NCBI GenBank assembly: GCA_016929445.1
Contig: JAFGIU010000055.1
Coordinates: 4,629 to 68,628 of the forward strand
Source: Candidatus Omnitrophota bacterium
GTDB taxonomy: Bacteria > Omnitrophota > Gorgyraeia > JAFGIU01
Direction: 5' to 3'
Length of the DNA stretch: 64,000 nucleotides
The notes beneath the pieces were generated by a model. It had not been told where the DNA came from, searched no databases, and was given only the letters and a program-made list of their open reading frames with translations. This document shows, one piece after another, positions 9,690 to 18,221 of this stretch; the stretch's first letter is position 1, and each line of letters opens with the position of its first letter. The translations under genes and the position numbers were made by a program.

Positions 9690-10480
9690 CGTTTTGCCTC
9701 ACAGGCTTCCAGCCATTTTCCCAAAAATTCCAGCAGCTCTTCCGGCGGTTTGACCCATAAATCCGCCCGGGTTTCTCTGAATTCAGGCCGGACCAACACA
9801 CAGAGCCCGCGTTCACCCAGAGCTTGAAAGGCATCTTCGTCCGTCTTGTCGTCGCCAAGGTAGGCCACCGGATCTTTCCCGTCGATCTCCTGCAGGATTG
9901 CCTCCACGGCCGTGCCCTTGTTGCGCCCTGCAGCCCGGATCTCCAAGCCGCCGTCAAATTCGTGGAATTCCAGGGGCCACTTCTTGGCCGCTTCAATACA
10001 CTGCTGCCGGACTCGATCCATCTGAAGATGAAAACCGGTCCCCTCGCGGCCTCTCCAATGAAAGGCAATACTATAGGGTTTGATTTCCAAAGCCTCGCCC
10101 AGGCCCTCCCCCTCGGCCCAGGCCTGCATTTCCCCAAGTCCCAACTGCATTTCCACATCCAGATTCGGACGAAGGAGTTCGCCGGTGGATAACATCCTCT
10201 CCCAACCGTGACAACCCCAGATCTCCGGATGAGGTACCACGCCCAAAAGGGCGATAACTTCCGAAACCGGCCGGCCGCTTACGAGGACCGTGCGGCATTT
10301 AGGACTCTGGACCAACGGACGCAGCAGCTTCGCCACTCCTGGATAGGGCTTGGCTTCATTGCGTTTGACCACAAAGGGCGCCAGTGTACCGTCGTAGTCC
10401 AGGAGCAAAGCGCAGCGTTCGGCTTGGGCGAGCTCATTCCAGAAAAATGGGAGTTGGATGGTTTTGTCCAGAATTTCCAT
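9686..10480 (-). CDS. otsB: Trehalose-6-phosphate phosphatase (HAD family)
   Basis: 264 aa with HAD motif I LLLDYDGTL. It is coupled to otsA. Confidence 0.85.
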   Translation of the reverse strand: MEILDKTIQLPFFWNELAQAERCALLLDYDGTLAPFVVKRNEAKPYPGVAKLLRPLVQSPKCRTVLVSGRPVSEVIALLGVVPHPEIWGCHGWERMLSTGELLRPNLDVEMQLGLGEMQAWAEGEGLGEALEIKPYSIAFHWRGREGTGFHLQMDRVRQQCIEAAKKWPLEFHEFDGGLEIRAAGRNKGTAVEAILQEIDGKDPVAYLGDDKTDEDAFQALGERGLCVLVRPEFRETRADLWVKPPEELLEFLGKWLEACEAKR

Positions 10481-10550
10481 AGAATTTATGCTTACATGAA
10501 GATCGGCTATAGTTTACGACAAACGAGCATATTCTGCACCCACAGCCTTT

Positions 10551-10796
10551 ATGCAAGGACCACGCGTCTTTTTTCTGTGTACAGGGAATTCCTGGCGGAG
10601 CCGGATGGCCGAGGCAGGCGTGGATATTTCCGGGCAGCAGTCCAAGAACGTGAAGGACTTGCTGATGAGGAAAAACAACTCGACTGCTGCCGGCGTATGC
10701 GGTCAGGGACGGTTCTCGCTTGCTCATTACGCTGCAATGAGTTACGTGAGAACCGTCCCCTTTGTCGACACAGTCTGGTCGTTCTTTCCGTCTTAG
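10551..10796 (+). pseudogene. Remnant of an ArsC/LMW-PTP family gene (arsenate reductase or low-molecular-weight phosphatase), internally deleted and truncated
   Basis: The 81-aa ORF starts FFLCTGNSWRSRMAEA, which is the CX5R P-loop of the LMW-PTP/ArsC family. About 45 residues are missing before GVDISGQQS. The reading frame then runs into the family-2 repeat hairpin at 10706-10759. Confidence 0.45.
10706..10759. repeat. Family-2 hairpin repeat (GGGACGGTTCTC-30 nt loop-GAGAACCGTCCC)
   Basis: 12-bp inverted arms. The loop contains a nested CTCAT...ATGAG stem. Confidence 0.7.
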
Positions 10797-11394
10797 GCGA
10801 CCGCTGCAGCCACGCGACCTACGAGATCAGCCCCGGGCTTGAGAGTCTTTGCGCCTTCTTTCCAATTGGCTGGGCAAGCTTCCTCAGGATGCTTGGCCAA
10901 ATACGTGTTGGCCTTGATCTTGCGCAGGAGTTCCTGGGCATTCCGGCCCACATTGAAGAAATTCACTTCTGATCCCGTGAGTTTCCCTTCAGGACTGATG
11001 ATAAAGGTACCGCGATAGGCCAATCCCGCGGATTCATCCCACACACCAAAAAGGCGTGAAACATTGCCGGTTGGATCAGCAGCCATGGGATACTTCACTT
11101 TTTCAAGCAATTTCTCCTCACGCTGCCAAGCCAAGTGCACGAATTTGGTGTCTGTAGAGACGGAAATGATCTCCGCACCGGCTTTCTGGGCCTCGTCGTA
11201 GATGCTAGCCACATCTGCCAACTCAGTCGGGCAAACAAAAGTATAGTCCGCAGGATAGAACACGAGAATGGTCCACTTGCCGGCTTTCTTTTGTTGCTCC
11301 AAGGAGATTTCACCGAAGCTACCACTCTTCGGGTCATAAATCTCCATTTTGAAATCGGGAACTTCATGACCTATTCTTGCTTGCTCTCCACACA
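10793..11394 (-). CDS. Peroxiredoxin (AhpC/TSA family, 2-Cys type)
   Basis: It has IGHEVPDF and the peroxidatic-Cys motif FYPADYTFVCPTE. The start was chosen at MCGEQ, which has the RBS GAGGAGG upstream; the ORF extends to 11455. Confidence 0.85.
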
Positions 11395-11412
11395 TGTACT
11401 TTCCTCCTCGGT

Positions 11413-11883
11413 TTAAGCCTTGTTGTTTGTATTCGACTTGCGGTCTTGCCTGCAATCAGGGCAAAGGCCCATAAAGGAAATACTGTAATCAAAAATCGAA
11501 AAACCCTTCTTACTAACCTGAGGCAGTGACGGCAGATCCAACTCCATCTCTGAAATATCCAGCACACTGTCACATGCTGTGCACACCAGATGATGATGCC
11601 TGCGGGTATTGGGGTCGAATCGCACCACGCCCCCCGGGTGGGCAATCTTACGGGCTACGCCCATTTTCACCAAAATATCCAACACCCGGTAGACCGTAGC
11701 ACGGGAGATTTCCGGAAAGTGAGCCTGAACGCTCGCCACCAACTGTTCAGCCGTGGGATGGTCTGTGTGGCCTGCCAATTCCTCGAAAACCGTTCTGCGC
11801 TGGAGTGTGAGCGGGTAGCCCTGTTCACGGCACGCGGCCTCAAAGAATTGCACCCGGTTGTGGATTTCTATTTGGGATATCAT
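11413..11883 (-). CDS. perR: Fur-family transcriptional regulator (PerR-like, judged from context with the peroxiredoxin)
   Basis: 156 aa with a Fur fold. Metal-site residues HHHLVCTAC and CPDC are present. It is coupled to the peroxiredoxin gene. Confidence 0.75.
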   Translation of the reverse strand: MISQIEIHNRVQFFEAACREQGYPLTLQRRTVFEELAGHTDHPTAEQLVASVQAHFPEISRATVYRVLDILVKMGVARKIAHPGGVVRFDPNTRRHHHLVCTACDSVLDISEMELDLPSLPQVSKKGFSIFDYSISFMGLCPDCRQDRKSNTNNKA

Positions 11884-11935
11884 CTTGTTTAAGATTTTAT
11901 CTCATCTAGGACTAATTGTCAACCCCCATTTTTTC

Positions 11936-12000
11936 GTGCGTGGTGCCAGGCACTGGTGCCAGGCACCGGTGTCAGGCACCGTGTGATCGGTGCCTGCAAG
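11936..12000. repeat. Family-1 tandem palindromic 13-mer array (GGTGCCAGGCACY x3 plus a half-site)
   Basis: tGGTGCCAGGCACtGGTGCCAGGCACCGGTGTCAGGCACCG...GGTGCCTGCAAG. It lies in the divergent spacer between perR and glpD-like. Confidence 0.7.
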
Positions 12001-12019
12001 TGTGCTATTCTATTTGCGT

Positions 12020-13472
12020 TATGGAATTATCCCAAGTATGCGGAATGCGGTTCGACCTTCTGATTGTAGGCGGAGGAATCAGCGGAGCGGGAATAGCACG
12101 CGACGCTTCTCTCCGCAGTATCCGGGCCCTGCTCTTGGATAAGGGGGACTTCGGCAGCGGCACTTCCTGCCGTACCACTAAACTCGTTCACGGCGGGCTG
12201 CGCTATTTGGAGCACGGGCAGTTCAGCCTGGTGCGCCAATGCCTGGCGGAACGCCAGACTCTCCTGCGCATCGCACCCCACTTGGTCCGCCCGCTGCCCT
12301 TTCTCGTCCCGCTCGGCCCATCTCTCAGGCGTCCCACCTGGATGGTTCGCACAGGGGTCACGCTTTACAAAATACTCGCCGGCCAAAATCGCATTGATTC
12401 CCCTCCTCATCTCAGTCAAAGCGAGCTAACCACAAAAATACCTCTGCTATCCGGGCAGGGATTTGGCGGGGCCGCTTCTTATGCTGATGCACAGATGGAC
12501 GACTACCGTCTTTGTCTCGAAAATGTGCTTTCGTCTTTGCGACAGGGTGCCTTGGCGCTCAATCATGTGGAGGCCTTCAAGGCACACCGTGAAACCAAGG
12601 GTTGGCGCATCCAGGTCAGGGATTGTCTGACCGGGGAACAGGCCGAAATCCACACGCGCTGCGTAATCAACGCCACCGGCCCCTGGTCGGACCGCACCGA
12701 ACAAGCCTTGCTCCAAAGCACTAAGAATGAGATCGAACCCACGCGGGGAGCCCACCTCCTTTTGTCTAAACAAATCTCGGATTCCGCATTGCTGTTTCTC
12801 AGCAGTGATCACCGGGTTATTTTTCTGATCCCTTGGCGGGACGGTACCTTGGTCGGAACCACAGAAGACCCCTTCAAAGGGGATTTGGATTCTTTGGAGA
12901 CCGAGGAAAGGGAGATACGATTTCTCTTGAACGAGGTTCAGAGACAGATGGGTCCGGAGAGCGTGCGACTTGAAGATGTCGCCGGGTCTTTTGTCGGTGT
13001 TCGCCCGCTTGTGGGATCTCTGCAGAACCGGTCGGCCTTTGTGAGCCGCGACCACCATCTGCAACTGAGCGCGCCTGCGTGGCTCAGGGTCACCGGAGGC
13101 AAATACACTACTTACCGGCTTATGGCTCAACAAGCCGTTGACATAATTGAGAAGGAACTGCGCGGCCGGATCTCCCCATGCAAGACTGCGGAACTCCCGC
13201 TTCAGGAATCATCGGAATCCGGCCAAAGCATAGAGCAGCGTGTCCAAACAGCTGTTCGCGCCGAAGCCGCGCGCACGGTCTCAGACGTCTTCCGGCGGAT
13301 GGGCCACGGCCTGCTGCTCCCATCTGCGGAATTACAAAACACAATTCTCAACACTGCAAGCACTGCCTTGGGCCTCTCCGCGGATTCCACCGGACAACAG
13401 ATGGAGGAGTACCGCAATGCCTTGGCCCGCCAGAGTCGCGCTTTGGAGCGCCTCAAGGAAAGGGAACTCTGA
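12020..13472 (+). CDS. glpD: FAD-dependent glycerol-3-phosphate dehydrogenase (GlpA/GlpD family)
   Basis: It has a dinucleotide-binding motif DLLIVGGGISGAGIARD and the GlpD-like core. The start is at ATG 12020 or 12044. Confidence 0.75.
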
Positions 13473-15223
13473 TGCGTTATGCCGGATGGGGAATCCTGTT
13501 CGCTCTTCTAGCCGGTCTGATTACCTGGGGAAACTTCCGCGCCCGCAACCTGCCCGACTCTGAGCAATTTGAATATCAATACGTGCAGATCCACAACCCC
13601 TTCTTTGTGCGCGAGCAAAACGCAGAGGGCGAATGGATTTATCGCAATGCACGCCCGCGTTCAGTACCCAGCACATTTCCCGCCGTCAAATCCCAAAACG
13701 AGCGCCGCATATTTGTTGTGGGCGGCTCCGTGGCACGCTGGCTGGAGACAAAGCGTTTTGAAGAACTGCTGAAGGAATCGCACCCTACCCTGCAATTCCG
13801 CATCATTAACTGCGGAATGACTTCCTATGACAGTTACCGCGAATCCCTTGTTCAGAAGGAACTTTTGCATTACGAACCGGATCTTATCATTCTGTTCTCG
13901 GGTAACAATGAATTTTTCAACCCCGTACGCCTCAACCTTATTCTTTATCGCCTCAACAAGGCTCTCTCGACATTTGCTTCCTACACCGCAGCCCAGGAAA
14001 TGTATTTCAAACTCAAAACCAAACTTAAGCTCCCCTCTCATTTCGGCGATCCGAACACTCTCAGAAGTTTTGAACGAAATATTAACCGTATGTTGCGGGG
14101 AGCCTATTTGCGCGGTGTGCCCATGGCTGTATGCACTTTGCCCACTAATTTCCGGGACTGCCCTCCCCGGGGCAACCTCCCTCTGTACAAGATGGATTTT
14201 GTTGAAGCATGGCTCTATCAATCAAAAGGCGAGTTGCTGAGGGCCTCCAAGCTCTGGGAGGCCTATGTGAAGAGATATCCGGACAGCGCGCACGGGTATT
14301 TTCAATTGGCGCGGAGTCAGGAAGAGCTCGGACTCCAAACCTCAGCCAATTCCTCCTACATTGAGGCAGTGCGCCTGGATAGCCGGGGCCGCTGCACGCC
14401 CGAAAAAAATGAAATGCTCCGGCGCCTTGCACAGGAGCAACACCAGATTCTGGTGGACTTGGAAGACTGGTTCGGGGACCGCACGCCCACAGGCCTTCCT
14501 GGCGGGGAATCGCTTTCAGACGAATGCCACTGGTGGCCGGACCTGGGCCCGCAGATCTGCGAGCAAGTCTTGGGGGCTGTTAAGAGGCACGATCTGAGCT
14601 TCTCCAACCCGGTTTTGGAGGAGAAGTGGTACCAAGACAAAAGTCTTCCCCCTGAACGATCACCGGAAGAAATCCGCCGTGAACGCGCGGTGGTTCTGGC
14701 CGGCACATCGGCCGCACACGGGGCAGACAAAAATTCCGAACGCGGAATCTTTGCACTGCTCCGGGCCCACGCACTGGATCCCGATGTTGTCACCAAGGAG
14801 CGCCTGGAAATTTGGATACCTTACATGAGAAATTCCGGACTCTCCGAAGAACGCTTGCAGAACATCAAGCAGGCCCTCCCCTGGTACGCAGGTGAAGCAT
14901 ACCGGCGCACAGGGAATTTCAATGAGGCCCAACGCCGCCTGCTCGAGGCCCTTGCCGCGGACCCCATGAATGCACGTATCCACTTTTCCCTGGCGCTCCT
15001 TTGCTATACAAATGGCGACAAACCAGGCACACGCCGCGCGCTCGAGACTTATTCCGCAGCAGACGCAAAACACCCTTCGGCAGAAGCTTATTTCAGACTA
15101 TTGGAGGAAGTTTTGGGTCCTATTTCGAACCCAGACGCTGAGTCAGAGTCGCAGCCTGAGGCGAGACAGCAACCCGATTCCTCAGAGCCCGCTGGCGCAT
15201 CACAAGTTGATTCTTCACCGTAA
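13472..15223 (+). CDS. SGNH/GDSL-hydrolase-like N-domain protein with C-terminal TPR repeats and an acidic Ser/Glu-rich tail
   Basis: The ATG overlaps the glpD stop (TGATG). It has an N-terminal TM helix, a GDSL-like block (IFVVGGS...ILFSGNNEF) and TPR-like helices in the C-terminal half. Confidence 0.55.
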   Translation: MRYAGWGILFALLAGLITWGNFRARNLPDSEQFEYQYVQIHNPFFVREQNAEGEWIYRNARPRSVPSTFPAVKSQNERRIFVVGGSVARWLETKRFEELLKESHPTLQFRIINCGMTSYDSYRESLVQKELLHYEPDLIILFSGNNEFFNPVRLNLILYRLNKALSTFASYTAAQEMYFKLKTKLKLPSHFGDPNTLRSFERNINRMLRGAYLRGVPMAVCTLPTNFRDCPPRGNLPLYKMDFVEAWLYQSKGELLRASKLWEAYVKRYPDSAHGYFQLARSQEELGLQTSANSSYIEAVRLDSRGRCTPEKNEMLRRLAQEQHQILVDLEDWFGDRTPTGLPGGESLSDECHWWPDLGPQICEQVLGAVKRHDLSFSNPVLEEKWYQDKSLPPERSPEEIRRERAVVLAGTSAAHGADKNSERGIFALLRAHALDPDVVTKERLEIWIPYMRNSGLSEERLQNIKQALPWYAGEAYRRTGNFNEAQRRLLEALAADPMNARIHFSLALLCYTNGDKPGTRRALETYSAADAKHPSAEAYFRLLEEVLGPISNPDAESESQPEARQQPDSSEPAGASQVDSSP

Positions 15224-15767
15224 CAATCCGCGGATCATCTGCACCATAGGCCGCTTCAAAGATCTTAAGAATCCTCGCGTAAAGGCGTTCTGCATCCTGG
15301 AATTCTCCTTGAGCCAAATAGCATTCAGCCAACAGACCTAAGCTTACAGCCACATTCGGGTGATCCGGCCCAGAGGAACGCGCCATGATCCCGATGGCCC
15401 TCTCCAAAAGCAGTTCAGCATCCTCATGGCGGTGTTGCTTCTGATACAGATCCGCCAGGATGTTGAGCGAGGCAGCCACCACAGGATGGTCCTTGCCGTA
15501 AACCTGCTCTTCCAGCAACAAGGCTTTTGTGCGATAGATTTCAGATTGCCTGTATTCTCCGGCATTATAGTGAACCCGTGCGATTTCATTGAGGGTATCC
15601 AGCGTGGTGTGCCCGGAAGCAGGGCCGGCATAGTTGGAGGAACTGAGCGCAAAGCGGCGCCCTTTGGCCAGTGGCTGCGGGGTATCCGCCGCGTCTAGAC
15701 TAGGGATCCACAGCAACAGGCCGGTTAAAAAAAGTGTCAAAATCGAGATTTCTCGGATACGCGTCAT
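15120..15767 (-). CDS. TPR-repeat protein (TPR_10/12 type) with a signal peptide
   Basis: It has repeated A-L-x-x-L-A-x-x-Y motifs. The start was chosen at MTRIREISILTLFL (signal). Confidence 0.6.
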   Translation of the reverse strand: MTRIREISILTLFLTGLLLWIPSLDAADTPQPLAKGRRFALSSSNYAGPASGHTTLDTLNEIARVHYNAGEYRQSEIYRTKALLLEEQVYGKDHPVVAASLNILADLYQKQHRHEDAELLLERAIGIMARSSGPDHPNVAVSLGLLAECYLAQGEFQDAERLYARILKIFEAAYGADDPRIVTVKNQLVMRQRALRNRVAVSPQAATLTQRLGSK

Positions 15768-15811
15768 CTTGATCAGTTTAGCAGCTTGGATGCCAAGCTG
15801 CTTGCGGCGCC

Positions 15812-15856
15812 GGGTCTTAGGGCTCACCTGGCTCGCCGGACGCTAAGACCTGTCCC
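15812..15856. repeat. Family-2 repeat, degenerate copy (GGGTCTTAG...CTAAGACCTGTCCC)
   Basis: It shares CGCTAAGA(A/C)C(C/T)GTCCCTGACTC with the copy at 7334-7355. Confidence 0.5.
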
Positions 15857-15867
15857 TGACTCTCACC

Positions 15868-18090
15868 CTATTGATAAACAAAAGTCGTGGTATCCTGCGC
15901 CGGGTCATAACCGCTCAGGGTGGCAGTCACCGTGGCCGTGTAGGTCCCTTCTTCGGCTCGGTAGCCCAGGTACCGGGTAGTCTTGTAAAGACCCGTAGAC
16001 CGGCTCGTATAAGAAGAGTACATCCCTGCCAGGCTTCCATCCGGCTGGTAAACGCTCAATACCACACGCGCTCGAACCGGAGCCCCGTCCTCAATCGCAG
16101 TCACGACATAAGTAATGGCACGCGATGCAAACACGCTCTGGGGATTTCCATAGCGGTCTGTCGTCATAAGGCTCACACTCAATCCGCTGCCCGGCAGCGC
16201 CGGAGACTCAGGGACCTCGCCCTCTTCCACCGTCACCTTCAGACTATCCGAGCCGGTCTCTCCTTGATAGTCCTCCACAAGAAGAGTCACTGTGTGAACA
16301 CCCACACTCATATTCACGTCGTCCACGGAACGCTGCGAAAGCAGCGCAGATCCTTCGGTCCAACGGTAGGATCGAATACTCCCGTCCGTATCATAGGAGC
16401 CGGAACCATCCAAACGCACACGCTCCGATCCGCTGCGGTCCGCATCCTGCACGGTGATATCCGCGCCCGCTCGCGCCACAGGGGGCTGATTCACGGAGGA
16501 TATCGTGGCGGTCGTTGCGGAGGAATCAGAAACATCGATGCTATCACTCACCACCAAGCTCACGGCGTACTTCCCGCCATCCTCGTAAACATGACTCGGA
16601 GTGGGACCATTCCCCTGATCTCCATCCCCAAAAGTCCAGGTGTAAGAAAGATCGTCATTATCCGGATCATAAGAGTCTGCGCCGTTAAAGAGAACCGCTT
16701 CCCCTGCCAATCCCGAATAAGGGCCCCCGGCTTTGGCCACCGGCACTCTATTGTCCACGGGCTCGACCCCCTGCAAAGCGGCGGCAGCGTCCAAGAGCCC
16801 GAAACCCGTTTCTTCATCCCAACCCGGCTCCTCCAAATCTTGTGCCGTGCTGCGCAAAATCTGGCGCACCTCCTCAGGTTTCAAAGACGGATTCTGAGCG
16901 AGCAGCAAAGCCGCCACCCCCGAAACGTGCGGCGCAGCCATGGACGTGCCATAGTAAAAATAAAGTCCTACGCTTGTGGGGCTGCCATTCCGAATGGTCT
17001 GCTGCAGCACCGCATCGATATAACCATTACGGTCCCGATCCACCGTATCCCCGCCCGGCGCCAAAAGGTCCAGCGCAGCCCCATAATTTGAGTACCACGC
17101 CCGCTCATTCGCAGAGTTGCTCGCCCCCACTGCAATCACCTCGGGAAAACCAGCCGGCAAGCCCACCGATCCCGAAGAATCATTCCCCGCCGAGGCCACC
17201 AGAATCACTCCCTTATTCGCGGCATAAGAAACAGCATCCTGCACCGCAGGCAAATCGGAAATCTTCATTTCCGAGGGAAACCCCAAGCTCATATTGATAA
17301 TGTCCGCGCCGTTGTCTACCGCAAAGTAAATCGCTTCAATGAGCTCCACTGAGGTTCCATAACCGTCTTTATCAAAAACCTTGAGAGGCATAAGCTCGGC
17401 CTCCGGAGCCACGCCGGCCACTCCGTACCGGTTGTTAGTGGTCTGAGCAATTGTTCCCGCCACGTGCGAACCGTGCCCGTGATCATCATTGGCGTGGGTG
17501 TCGCCCTCCATAAAGTCATAACCCTGCACAAACTGCGTTTGGGCGAAATCCGGCAGCCTCACAAAACGGTCCGTACCCGGGGGGTCGTAGTCCTCATAGG
17601 CACAACCGCTGTCCACCACCGCAACCACAACACCTTGGCCGCGGGACTCCTCCCAGGCAGATTCCATTCCTATCTGATCAAAATTCCACTGGTAAGAGTA
17701 GTGCGTGTCATCGGGAACAAAATGCGGAAAGACAAAATAATTGGGTTGAACATATTCAACGCGGCTGTCGGCCGAAAGGCGCGCGCGCATCCTTTCGCGC
17801 AAACGGCTGGATTTGACACGCACTCTCCTTAATCGATTCCGGAGGCGGCTGCGAATCTCCGAGACCCCGTGCTTTTGGAAAAGCTCTCTTACGGCGTCTT
17901 CCGGCACCCCGGGCCGGCATTTAATCAAAAGCTCATCCGCCACCATCTGGCCGCCCCGGTGGAAAGCCGGGGACTGCAGAATGGTTTCCCCCTCAGAAGA
18001 AACAGCAAAGGAGGCGGGAACGATGCTGCAGACAAGGAAGGAAAGTACCAGGAATAGGAAAAGCGGACGAAAGACAGACATTGAGCGCAT
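15868..18090 (-). CDS. Secreted subtilisin-like serine protease (S8) with C-terminal PKD/Ig-like domains
   Basis: It has the catalytic triad blocks VAVVDSGC, HGHGSHVAGTIAQ and GTSMAAPHVSGVAALLL. The signal peptide is MRSMSVFRPLFLFLVLS. The C-terminal repeats have PKD-like YxWxFGDG. Confidence 0.85.
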   Translation of the reverse strand: MRSMSVFRPLFLFLVLSFLVCSIVPASFAVSSEGETILQSPAFHRGGQMVADELLIKCRPGVPEDAVRELFQKHGVSEIRSRLRNRLRRVRVKSSRLRERMRARLSADSRVEYVQPNYFVFPHFVPDDTHYSYQWNFDQIGMESAWEESRGQGVVVAVVDSGCAYEDYDPPGTDRFVRLPDFAQTQFVQGYDFMEGDTHANDDHGHGSHVAGTIAQTTNNRYGVAGVAPEAELMPLKVFDKDGYGTSVELIEAIYFAVDNGADIINMSLGFPSEMKISDLPAVQDAVSYAANKGVILVASAGNDSSGSVGLPAGFPEVIAVGASNSANERAWYSNYGAALDLLAPGGDTVDRDRNGYIDAVLQQTIRNGSPTSVGLYFYYGTSMAAPHVSGVAALLLAQNPSLKPEEVRQILRSTAQDLEEPGWDEETGFGLLDAAAALQGVEPVDNRVPVAKAGGPYSGLAGEAVLFNGADSYDPDNDDLSYTWTFGDGDQGNGPTPSHVYEDGGKYAVSLVVSDSIDVSDSSATTATISSVNQPPVARAGADITVQDADRSGSERVRLDGSGSYDTDGSIRSYRWTEGSALLSQRSVDDVNMSVGVHTVTLLVEDYQGETGSDSLKVTVEEGEVPESPALPGSGLSVSLMTTDRYGNPQSVFASRAITYVVTAIEDGAPVRARVVLSVYQPDGSLAGMYSSYTSRSTGLYKTTRYLGYRAEEGTYTATVTATLSGYDPAQDTTTFVYQ

Positions 18091-18176
18091 CGGCAAGATC
18101 CTCGGTTTTGGTCTCGTCAAAAGAACTGCCCAACTGCGCGCCCCCGCACACAGTTGGGCATGATACCAGAGGCTAG

Positions 18177-18220
18177 CCGGGGACACAATGTGTCAGTTTA
18201 CCCGGCTTTATTGTGTCCCC
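18177..18220. repeat. Family-3 hairpin (GGGGACACAAT-20 nt-ATTGTGTCCCC) immediately 3' of ilvD
   Basis: 11-bp perfect inverted arms. The same arms recur at 40649-40689 and, as a variant, at 37187-37217. Confidence 0.65.
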
Positions 18221-18221
18221 G

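Noticed and set aside
10208-10972. 254-aa plus-strand ORF spanning the otsB start, the arsC remnant, the repeat hairpin and the peroxiredoxin 3' end.
   Set aside because: It is a read-through of unrelated elements with no coherent domain. The real features on this stretch are separate.
11936-12000. Possible sigma-54 promoters inside the GGTGCCAGGCACC arrays (TGGCAC-like).
   Set aside because: The GG-N10-GC spacing and the downstream TTGCW element are not satisfied in any copy.
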